NCBI GenBank assembly: GCA_038227875.1
Contig: JBBRPR010000001.1
Location: 1 to 64,000 of the forward strand
Direction: 5' to 3'
Origin: Planctomycetota bacterium
GTDB lineage: Bacteria > Planctomycetota > SZUA-567 > H5-PLA8
Length of the DNA stretch: 64,000 nucleotides
A program made the translations under genes and the position numbers. Under the pieces are notes generated by a model. The model had not been told where the DNA came from, ran no database searches, and saw only the letters and a program-made list of their open reading frames with translations. Numbering within the stretch: position 1 is the first letter of the stretch; the number at the start of each line of letters is the position of its first letter. Below are positions 26,973-37,000 of the stretch, piece after piece.

Positions 26973-28700
26973 ATGCGCTTTTCAAAAAGCTCCTTCGCTT
27001 TCCTCGTGCTCTGTTTGTCTGTGCTGGTTGCTCGGCCGTTGTGCGCTGAGCAGGAAGTAATCCTCTCGCAGGGTGAGTTGCAGACGCTCGACAATTTTGA
27101 AGCGGCCAATCTGCTCCGCGCGGAGAAGGCCTTCAATGCCAAGCAGTACAAGCAGGCGGCGATTGAATACGACGCCTTCGCGACCGATTTTCCCAGCTCT
27201 CCGTTGATCGCCTACGCGTACCTCAAAAAAGGGCGCAGCCTGCAGTACGACCACAAGCCGGGCAACGCAATCAAGGCATACACGGACGTGGTCGACAACT
27301 ACAAAGACGCCACGCAGCACGTCGCGGCAGCGATTTTCTACATTGGCGAATGCCATTTCGAAAGCGGTGAGACCGAGCAGGCGATGAAGGCCTGGCGCCG
27401 GATGATCGACGACCCGGCGTTCAGCAAGTCGTTCCTCGCGGCGACGGCGACCAACAAGCTTGCGGACTATTACCTCAAGCAGAAGCAATTCGATCAGGCG
27501 AGCACGTGCTTTGAACTGGCGGCGATCAATTTTCGGGACTCGAATCCGGAATCGGCGCGTGAAGCGATTCGCAAGGTGATCGACTACCGCGTCCGTACGC
27601 AGCCGGACGAAGCAAAGCTGCGCGAATTCTACGCGAAGGCGCGCGGCTTCGACAACGATCCGATCAAGGTGGCTGAAGACACGGCCACTGACAAGCGCTA
27701 CTGGACGCACCTGCTGAAAGCGATCAAGGAGCACGGCACTTTCGCGGAAAACGAAGCAGAAGCGAAGACGGCGTACTACTCGTACTGGGCCACAGCGTTG
27801 AATGGGAAGTTTGCCGACTGGGACGAATACCAGCTGGACGCGGCACGGTTCCGGCTCACGGCCGACCAGAATGTCCAGGCGTGGACCGAGCGCCTGGACG
27901 CGCTCTACACGGCCGGCAAGACCGACAACCCCGTGCGCACGATCCATTTCATTCGTGCGCTGGCGGCCAACAAGCAGAAGGTGGCCGAGTACTTCGGCAA
28001 GCTCAATCTCGACGCGCTCGACAACGACAAGCTGCAGGACCTGATGCGGATTTGCTACCACGAAGCGAAGATGCCGGAGCTGGGCCGCAAGGCCTTCGAA
28101 AAGCTGAAACTGGACAAATGGAACGACGAGCAGAAGCAGAATTGCGCGTGGAACGTGTTGTTGTTTCAGGACGAAGCCAGCTACACGCAGCTGTGCGAAT
28201 CGATCTCCGACAAGGAACTCGGACAGGTGCTGGTGCTGCGCTACTTTCACGGCAAGCACGACACGCCGACAATGTACGTCAAGGCGTTCAGCCTGTGCAA
28301 TGACCTGAAGACCTCAACGCGATTTGCCTCGGAAGCATTCTGGAAGAAGGCGGAGATGCTGCATTGGCAGGGCAAATTCGCGGAAGCGATCCAGGCTTAC
28401 ATGGCGTCGGACAATAAACCCGACAACTTCTTCCGCATCGGCGATTGCTATGTGCAGCTCGGCAAGAAGGAACAGGCCGTCGAGGCGTACACAGAAGTCG
28501 AGCGCACGGACAAAGGCCGCGCGTCGGACGCAGCGTGGCGCATCGCCTGCCTCTACAAGGACAATTCCAAGTTATACATTCCGAAACTGCGGTCAATTTT
28601 AGACAAGTATCCGACCAGCAGCGAATCGAGTAACGCCCACCGGGAACTCGAAAAACTTCATGTCGACATTGGCGGCGGAGTAATCGACGAACAGCGCTGA
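26973..28700 (+). CDS. Secreted tetratricopeptide-repeat protein
   Basis: Signal peptide MRFSKSSFAFLVLCLSVLVARPLCA; BamD/YbgF-like TPR motifs (YKQAAIEYDAFATDFPSSP; AIFYIGECHFESG; FRIGDCYVQLG; ILDKYPTSSES). Confidence 0.9.
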   Translation: MRFSKSSFAFLVLCLSVLVARPLCAEQEVILSQGELQTLDNFEAANLLRAEKAFNAKQYKQAAIEYDAFATDFPSSPLIAYAYLKKGRSLQYDHKPGNAIKAYTDVVDNYKDATQHVAAAIFYIGECHFESGETEQAMKAWRRMIDDPAFSKSFLAATATNKLADYYLKQKQFDQASTCFELAAINFRDSNPESAREAIRKVIDYRVRTQPDEAKLREFYAKARGFDNDPIKVAEDTATDKRYWTHLLKAIKEHGTFAENEAEAKTAYYSYWATALNGKFADWDEYQLDAARFRLTADQNVQAWTERLDALYTAGKTDNPVRTIHFIRALAANKQKVAEYFGKLNLDALDNDKLQDLMRICYHEAKMPELGRKAFEKLKLDKWNDEQKQNCAWNVLLFQDEASYTQLCESISDKELGQVLVLRYFHGKHDTPTMYVKAFSLCNDLKTSTRFASEAFWKKAEMLHWQGKFAEAIQAYMASDNKPDNFFRIGDCYVQLGKKEQAVEAYTEVERTDKGRASDAAWRIACLYKDNSKLYIPKLRSILDKYPTSSESSNAHRELEKLHVDIGGGVIDEQR

Positions 28701-28756
28701 CGGTTTTGCGCGTGCGCTTTCTGCGCGCTGCGCGTTGCATTTTTGAGGTGCAAAAC

Positions 28757-31000
28757 GTGAATCGAAATCCAGTCCTCCACACGTTGCTGTTGGTCCTGGC
28801 CTGCGCGACTGGCGCGTCATCCCCGCTCGTTTGCGGCGGCGACGAAGCGCCGGCCAAGAAGCCCAGCGCCACGGATTCGGACCTGGCGGCACGCAAGCAG
28901 CTTTCCAACGCGAAGGAACTGCTGGACGCGCAGCAGACCGACCGCGGCGTGAAGCTGCTGGAAAATATCCTGGTGCAGTACCCGGCGGCACGCGCGCGGT
29001 TTGAAGTTTATCTAATGCTGGGCCGCCATTACGCGCAGGCCAAGCAGGGGACGCAGGCCAACCATTATTTGTCGCTGCTCCGCAAGGAACTCGAAAAAGA
29101 AGAAGACAAACTGTCGCACGACGAAAAGGACCTGCTGGTGGAAGGCCTGTATTGGGCCGGGGTGGGGTACTACCAATCCGACGAACGGCGCCAGGCGCTG
29201 CCGATCTTCCGCAAGCTGACGGTGGAATATCCGAACACGGTCTGGGCCAACCAGGCCTACCACTACATTGGCATGTGTCATTTCAAGGATCACAACTGGA
29301 GCAAAGCCATCGAAGCGCTGAACCTGGTCGGCACGTCGATCGATCCGGACAGCCCGTCGGTGGAGTACGTCGAGGCGGGCTGGCGCTTTTATGTGAAAGT
29401 GCAGGACGGCGATCTGCCGGTGCTGCGGCGCCTGGGCAAGCAGATCAAGGTCGAGCTGGAAACCAAATCCGGCGACAAGGAGAGCATCATCTGCTCGCCG
29501 CTTTCCGCGCAGGGCGAAATTTACATTGGTTCGATCGCGACACAGGTCGGTGTGGCCAAGCCGGGCGACAACATTCTGCAGGTGACCGGCGGCGACACGA
29601 TCACGGTGCGCTACGTCGATTCCAACACGCAGGACGGCAAACGCGACGTGCTGCGGGAATCGAAAGTGCAGGTGGTCTCATCGGCGACGCTGAACTTCAC
29701 GATGGGCACCTACGAATCGGTGGCGGCGGCCGCGTACCTCGGGCAGCCGGTCTTCGTGCTGCTCAACGATCTCGACAAGGACGTCTCGGAGCAGGCGGAC
29801 ACGGCGCAGGTCAAGCTGGTCTCGCGCTACAAAGTGACCGAGGAAGACCAGCCGCGCATCTCTGGCGCAGCCAAAACAGAAGGCGGCGCCGCGACGTCCG
29901 TGCTCGACGACGACACCCACGAAGTTCAGTGGAAGACCCGTGACGAAGTGCTGCTCACGGTCAAGGAATTGGGAACGCAGGCGCCGATTCATAATTCGCG
30001 ATTTGGCGGCAGCGTGAAGGTCGAGCGCTTCGAAGAAGGCCGGGCAATCGACAAGAACGACGACGTCCTGACCTGTGCGGTCGGCGATGAAATCGTCGCG
30101 ACGTACACCGACGAATTGCACGTCAACGGCAAGACGCCGCGCGAAGTGCGGGTGACGCTGCCGGTCGTCGGCGAGATCGAAAACCGGCCGCACGCCACGC
30201 AGTACGTTTCGTTCGACGCGGTGATCCGGGCGCAGAAGGACCTGACCGAGGGCAAAGCGTACCTGGAACTGGCCAAGATTTTCAAAAACCTGGGATTGAC
30301 GCCCGGCGCGCTGGCCAAGGCCGACCAGGGACTGAGCGAAGTGGAGGGCGTGATCCGCATGCAGGATCCGATTCCCACGGCGCTGAAGGAAGAGGCGTAT
30401 AGCATCAAGTGGAACCTGCTTCTGCTCAAAGAAAACTTTAAAGCAGCGATGGATACGTGCCGGCTGTTCAACCAGCTGTATCCCAATTCGCCGCTGGTCG
30501 ACCAGGCGTTGATGAGTATCGGGAAGATCAAGATTGAGTCTCATTCGTACGACGAGGCGGCGCAGATCTTCACCGAGATCCTGGCGATGCCCAACTCGCA
30601 GGTGAAACCGGAGGCGCAATTCAATCTCGCGCAGGCATTTGAGAACAGCAAGTTTCACAGCAAGGAGCAGGCGATCGCGCAGTACAAGCTCTGCGCGGAA
30701 AAGTACCGCGAAAGCCCGTTCGCCGGCGAATCGCTGGGCAAGATGGTCGACTATTACATCGTCGCCAAGGATTACGCCCAGGCCAACGAACTGCTGGAGC
30801 AGATTTTCACCGACTATCCCGACGCTGAGTTCCTCGACGAGATGCTCTACAAGTCGATCATCGCTTCATACAACACGTCGGAGTTCAAGCGCGCCTACGA
30901 TCGCGCGCAGCAATTGATCTCCGAATACCCATCCAGCAAACGCGCGCAGAAGGCCAAAGACCTGATGCCCAATCTTGAAAAGAAACTGGGGAAGAAATAA
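28757..31000 (+). CDS. Secreted TPR protein with two central beta-sandwich repeats
   Basis: GTG start after GAGGTG; signal peptide; N- and C-terminal TPR arrays (EYPNTVWANQAY, LYPNSPLVDQA); central VKVQDGD...GDTITVRYVD and VLLNDLDKD...GDEIVATYTD repeats. Confidence 0.88.
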   Translation: MNRNPVLHTLLLVLACATGASSPLVCGGDEAPAKKPSATDSDLAARKQLSNAKELLDAQQTDRGVKLLENILVQYPAARARFEVYLMLGRHYAQAKQGTQANHYLSLLRKELEKEEDKLSHDEKDLLVEGLYWAGVGYYQSDERRQALPIFRKLTVEYPNTVWANQAYHYIGMCHFKDHNWSKAIEALNLVGTSIDPDSPSVEYVEAGWRFYVKVQDGDLPVLRRLGKQIKVELETKSGDKESIICSPLSAQGEIYIGSIATQVGVAKPGDNILQVTGGDTITVRYVDSNTQDGKRDVLRESKVQVVSSATLNFTMGTYESVAAAAYLGQPVFVLLNDLDKDVSEQADTAQVKLVSRYKVTEEDQPRISGAAKTEGGAATSVLDDDTHEVQWKTRDEVLLTVKELGTQAPIHNSRFGGSVKVERFEEGRAIDKNDDVLTCAVGDEIVATYTDELHVNGKTPREVRVTLPVVGEIENRPHATQYVSFDAVIRAQKDLTEGKAYLELAKIFKNLGLTPGALAKADQGLSEVEGVIRMQDPIPTALKEEAYSIKWNLLLLKENFKAAMDTCRLFNQLYPNSPLVDQALMSIGKIKIESHSYDEAAQIFTEILAMPNSQVKPEAQFNLAQAFENSKFHSKEQAIAQYKLCAEKYRESPFAGESLGKMVDYYIVAKDYAQANELLEQIFTDYPDAEFLDEMLYKSIIASYNTSEFKRAYDRAQQLISEYPSSKRAQKAKDLMPNLEKKLGKK

Positions 31001-34000
31001 TGCGAAAGTCACTGCTTTCGTGGGGTGCTCTGGGAGTGCTGGCGCTGGGGGTGGCAGTTCCGCATGCCCACGCTGAAAGTGCGCCGCCCAAGACCGCTCC
31101 CGCTCCTGCTGCCGCGACTGCTCCCGATCCGCTCGCGCTGTTGTGCGAGAAGATCCAGAAGAATCCTGAAGCGGCGGACGAGAATGATGTCCGGAGCATG
31201 CTGGAACTGGCGCACACTTCGGCGCACCCGCTCTCGGCGTCGCTGGCGGTGAAGCAGTACCTGGCCAAGCACACCAGCCCTTCGGCGCAGTTGCTTTACG
31301 CCGCGGCGGAGAATGCGGAGCTGGCCGGCGACTACCGCGTGGCGGTCACGCGCTACAAAAGCTACCTGGCGTCACCCGAGAATGCGGAGAGGGCGTCCAC
31401 AGCGGCCAGCCGCATGTACGTATTGCTGATCGATTTCCTCCATTCAGAAAAAGAAGCGTACGAATTCATGCGCAGCGCCGACGAGAAACTGGTGCGCCAG
31501 ACACCATTCGCCAGGCGCTTCGACGTCTGGTTCCTGGAACAGGCGCGCGCCAGCGGCGACGCGCCGTCGGCGGCCAAACGGCTGGTGTCGATTTTCTCCG
31601 AAAAGATGCCGCTGGAAAAAGAGCGGATGCTTTACTGGGACTACCTGGCATGGGTCGAAAACGACGTGCTGCGCCCCAACCCCGACAAGTTTGCCGCCGC
31701 GCCGCATCTCACCGCGCTGGCGCCGCTGATCCGCGAAAACAAAACGCACGCGCTGCGCTGCGCGCTCTCGGCGGCACTGCTGACGTTCTATGTACAGACG
31801 CAAGGGAAGGAGAAAGAGGCGCAGAAGCCATTCTTCGGGCCGGTGGCCAAAGCCGCGCAGGAATACTTCGACAACAATCCCGTCGCGGCCACGTTCAGGG
31901 ACATCGTCAACTGCTTCACCGCTGGCGATGGGAACATCTGGAACATGCAGCTGGAGACCAAGCAGGCGCTGGTGATCGGCATGATCGAGAAACTCAGCGA
32001 CGCCGACCGCGCGGAAGTGATCGCGCCGTACTCCGGACATTCGACGCCCGAACAGTGGACGGCGCTGATCGTCAAAAATCCCGCGCCGTTCAAGGCAACG
32101 CCGCAGATCCGCGCGCTGAACCTGCTGGTGCAAGCGCCGACGCCGGAGCTCTACAAGAAGCTTGGTGAAGTGCTGCAGGGCGTGCCGTCGTACTCCGCGG
32201 CGATCATCAACACCATCAACGCCGGCAATCTGGACATGGACGCAGCCAGCGCCTACATCCTCAAGAATGAAACGTGGCACGCGAACAATCCCAACGAAAT
32301 CATGAGCTGGCTGCGCAACAATGTCTGGGGAACGATCAATTCGTTCGCGCAGGTGGCGAAAAAGCCCTTCGCTGGCGATTACAACGACCGGTTCTATTCG
32401 CGGGTCGGCGCGGAACTGGTTGCGTCGACGCCCGTGGCGTATTCGGACCTGGGACAGACCGGCGAATACCTGCGCGTTTCGTGGTATTACTCCGGCAAGG
32501 ACGCCAACGATCATTCCAAATTCGCGGAGGTGATTCGCAGCCTCGATTGGGTGCCGTATTCCGCGCAGCAGCGGCAGCAGGTCTTCACGCCGGCGCTGAA
32601 CGAATTCCGGCGCTGGTCGGAAGAAGTGAAGAAGGACGCCAAGCGCCTGGCCGAAAATAAGGCCGTGATGGATGAGATCGAAAAAGCGCTGACGCTGGCG
32701 ATGTCGGATCACAAAGGCGATCCGAAAAAGGCGCCCAATGCGCTGTGCAAGGCGCTCAGCGGCTTGGGGCTGGCGATTCAGGCCAAGGACAAGGAAGCGT
32801 ACACGGTTGCGGCGCGCGAACTGTACGCGCAGGTCAAGGAGTACAACGCGGCGCACACGCCGTGGGGCAAGTACATCTACGACACCATTCTCGAGAACCG
32901 CCTGGAGCAATTCGACACGTGGGATTTTCAGTGCGAAGTGCTCGCCGATCAACTCACGCGCTCCGACACGCCCGCGGCTCAGGAACGGATTGTCGAGTGG
33001 AGCCACCGCGTCACCCACCGCCCGAACTGGCAGTGGTGGAACTGGAACTGGTGGCAGGCGACGCAGGTGGACGCCGACAAGGCGCGCAAGCTGCGGGGCA
33101 TCGTGGAGAAGACGATTCTCGAGCAGGCCGACAAGGGGACTCTCTGGACGGAGCTCGTGACGCTCTATCGCTCGACGCGCCAGGGACCCGGCTGGAACGA
33201 CGCCGACAGCGGACACACGGTGCTGGAAAAACTGATCACGACGAAGACGTTCTTCAAATCGCATTACCGCGAAGAGCCGTGGGTGAAATCGGACACCTCG
33301 TCGTATCCATGGCTGATCCAGCGCGAGTTTCAGAAGCAGGACGCGAAGTTTCCGGTCGGCACGTACTTCGACGACATGTACGTGGAGGAAGAGACCGCCG
33401 CGAAGTACATGGATTTTTCGTACTTCAATTTCGGCCGCGACGAGAAGAAGCGCATCCGCAACATGGCGGCGGGATTCTTCAAGGATTTCGAACGACTGCC
33501 ATTCGGGTATTCAGACAAGGCGCCCCAGTACACGCAGGATGAATTCTGGCGCTGGCACTACCAGATCCTGGAAGCCGAGCCGGCGTTGCGCGACGCGTTT
33601 ATTGCTCAAGAGGAAACGTACTACGGAAAGTCGCGCTACGACGACTTCGCCGCGGGACGCGGTTATTTCAGCCACCAGTGGCGCATCGAAAACCCCGAGA
33701 CGCGGAAGAAGTTCTTCGAACGGCTGGGGCAGTTCGTGGAACACATCAAGGATTCCGGAGACCGCGGCGGATTCTCGCCGGAGCGCACAATGGCCGGTCA
33801 ACTTCCGCCCATGCACGCGCTCTCACAGATGGGCGGGAAATTTTCCAAGGAAGAGCTGGATGCGCTGACGGGCCTCTTTCCGCAGTGCGTGCCGCTTCAC
33901 TGGTACGGCGGCTACAGCTACGAATGGTTGCTCACCGCCACGATTGAAGGACTGCTCGAGAAAAAGCGCGAAAACGAATTGATGCCGATCGCCGGGCATC

Positions 34001-37000
34001 TCTGGAAGATCTCGCTGGACACCGGCAACACCGACTACCAGCGCAAGATGGCGCAGTATACGGTGAAATTCTCAGAAGAGAAACATACTGAGTTGGCGAC
34101 GGTGTTCGCGATCGCGGGGCTGGAAGTGATGGGCGAAAAACTTCCTGAAGACGCGCGCGCGTCGCTGCAGGCGATCCGCAGCAAGGGGCTCGGTGCGCTG
34201 GGACACGAGATTCCCGTCGCGGCCAACGACCCACGCTACCCGATCTTTTTCGCGCAGAGCGAATTCCAGAATGGCAAGCAACCCAGCGCGTGGGAGACGT
34301 ACCAGGCCAATCCGGCGCTGGTGACCTCGTCGTACAAGGAACTGGATATTGGCTTCCTGCTCTGGCTGCTGGCGCGCAACACCGATGCCGGGCAGTTCGA
34401 CCGCGCCGATGCACTGGCTCACGCTTTAATTCCGTGGGTGGAAGGCAGTCCCGCCGCGTTTGAACCCGATGCGCGCGGCCGGTTGATGCTCTATTACGGC
34501 GACATTTCCTACGCACGAAAAAATTTCCCACGCGCGCGCAAGGATTACGAACGCGTCACGGCAAGCAAGGAATATGAAGGCACGCTGGCGCAGCGCGAAG
34601 CGGAACTGCGCATCGCGGAAGTGGATCGCGCCGTGAAGGACTACGATGCGGCGCTGCAGCGCCTGGACCGCCTGGCCAAGCGCCACGACGTGTACCTCGA
34701 GACGGAAGCCAACTACCAGATGGCACTGGTGAAGTTCGACCAGGCCGACTACGAGGGCGCACAGCGCTACCTGGAAGAAGTTTTCGCGCACACGCCCGAA
34801 CATGAAAAGGGCCGCCTGCTCGAAGCCGATGTGAATTTGAAGCGCGAGCAGCCTGACAAAGCGACAAACATCAAGGGCGGTATGACGCAGGAACAGAAGC
34901 TGCTGATTCCCGGCACGCCGCTACGCGTCAACTTGAAGGATACGAATCTTTCGGTGGTCGGAAATTCATCGCGCATCGAAGTGCGCGTCTGGACGGATTC
35001 CGGCGACAGCGAAACCATCAATCTGCTGCCGACAGACACGAAAACACAATTCGAAGGCGAAATCACCACCACGATGGGTCCGGTGAAGAAAGACGACCAC
35101 CAGCTGCAGGTGCTGGGCGGCGACAAAGTTCACTACGATTACTCGGAAAAGTTCAAAGAGGAACACAAGATCGCGCGCAACGAACCAGTAACATTGGAAG
35201 TGGCCTCGAACTCGCAGTTGATCGTCTCGTCGGGAAAAATTCTGACCAAGGAAGAGCAGCAGGACCTGGAGGCCGAGCGCCAGATCCGGCAGAGCCTGAA
35301 AGGTGACGACGCGCAGACGACGCTGAGCACCACGCGCGCCGAGGACCAGATCAAGCCGGGCAATAAGATCAACGTGCGTGTGATCGACTTCGACCGCAAC
35401 ATCAGCGCGGAAAAAGACACTGTGATGGTACGCGCGACGGCTTCCAGCGGCGACGTGATCGAAGCGTTCCCTCTGGTGGAGACCGATACGCACTCTGGAA
35501 TTTTTGAGGGTGAAATACCAACGGCGCCCGGCCATCCAATGGCGACAGCCTCGGATTCAGGAGAAGGCCGCGAACCGAACAACGTGATCTCCAGCGTGGA
35601 CCGTCCGGCGTGGATCGCGCAGTCCGACGGCCGCCGCCCGAAGATCTTCACCGTGAATTTAAACGACAACGTGAAGATGCAGAGCTTGAATATTCTTGCC
35701 GACGTTCCCGACCGCAAACTGAAGGCGTTTGCCGTCGAGACGTCGATGAACGGCACCGACTATTCGGCAGTCGGTATCTGGCCCGATCAACTCGCGCCGT
35801 GGGACGGCGCGCTGACGTGCGAGCTGATGAAGTGTCCGGAGGGTCCGGCGCGGTTGCAGGACGCGGTCTCGTACGCCGATGGCGGGTACCAGCGGACCGG
35901 CGCGCCGAAAGTGACACTGCCGATGAAGACCTTCGGCATCAGCCTCGACAATCAGCTCAACGGCAACGCCGACAAGATCAAACTGACGTGGCAGGAATCA
36001 ACTGCGTGGTACCTGCTGCACATGCACGGCGCGTTCTATCTTCCCAAGCGTGAACTGAAAACGTTCACGCTCGACAACAAGAAAAAGTTCAACGAGATGC
36101 GCTACTTCTTCGCTGTCGACGGTGTGGCCGCGCCGGCGAACAACGCACTGGAGATCAAGCGCGAACTGGCGAAGGGCGTGCACCGCGTTGACGTGTATGT
36201 CTGGTCGCACCGCCACACAGGCGTGACGTTCGACGTGCAGACGACGTCCTCGGAGGACGGGACGCCGGCGGTCTGCAGCGCCGAAATGTTTGACCCGGTC
36301 AAGCAGCCGGCGATCAAGGAAGCCTGCTGGGTCGAACCGGCGCAGGTGAAAGCCGGCGCGGAGAACACATCGTTCGACGTCAGCTTCGCCAAGGGCGCGC
36401 ACGCGCGGTTTTTGCGGCTGGTCATCGCCGACTACGAAAAGGACGCGCCGGGCCTCCATAAGCTCAAGCTGGTCGACACTGAAAATCAGACCGTGCTGCC
36501 GACGAAGGACGACTTCATGGCGCTGCGCGAAAACAAGACGCTGGAAATTCTACCCGGCGACAAGATCACCGTGACGTACCGAGATCCTGTTGTGGTGACG
36601 AAGGGACAGGAAGTGCAGGAACGCTTCATGACCGCGACGTTCTACAATGCGAAGCTCAGCGCTTGCTTGGTGGAATATGTGCCGACTGCGCGCGGAGACA
36701 AACTTCCGAAGTACATCCCGCTGCGCCGCTTCATTCCCGGCGACCCGGGCGATCCCAATCACACCGGCGTCAACAATGTCTTCGTCTTCATCAACGATCC
36801 CGACGAAGACACAACTGATGCGCCCGACAAGATCAAGTTCAGGGCCGTGGCCGGAAAATCGACGCTGGAATTGGAAGCGACGGAGACCGAACCGCATTCG
36901 GGCGTGTTCGTCGGCAACATTTATCCCGTTACCGGCGCGCCCAAGCGGCCCAACGAGATCACCGTCGGTCCCGATGACGACATCACCATTCATTACATGG

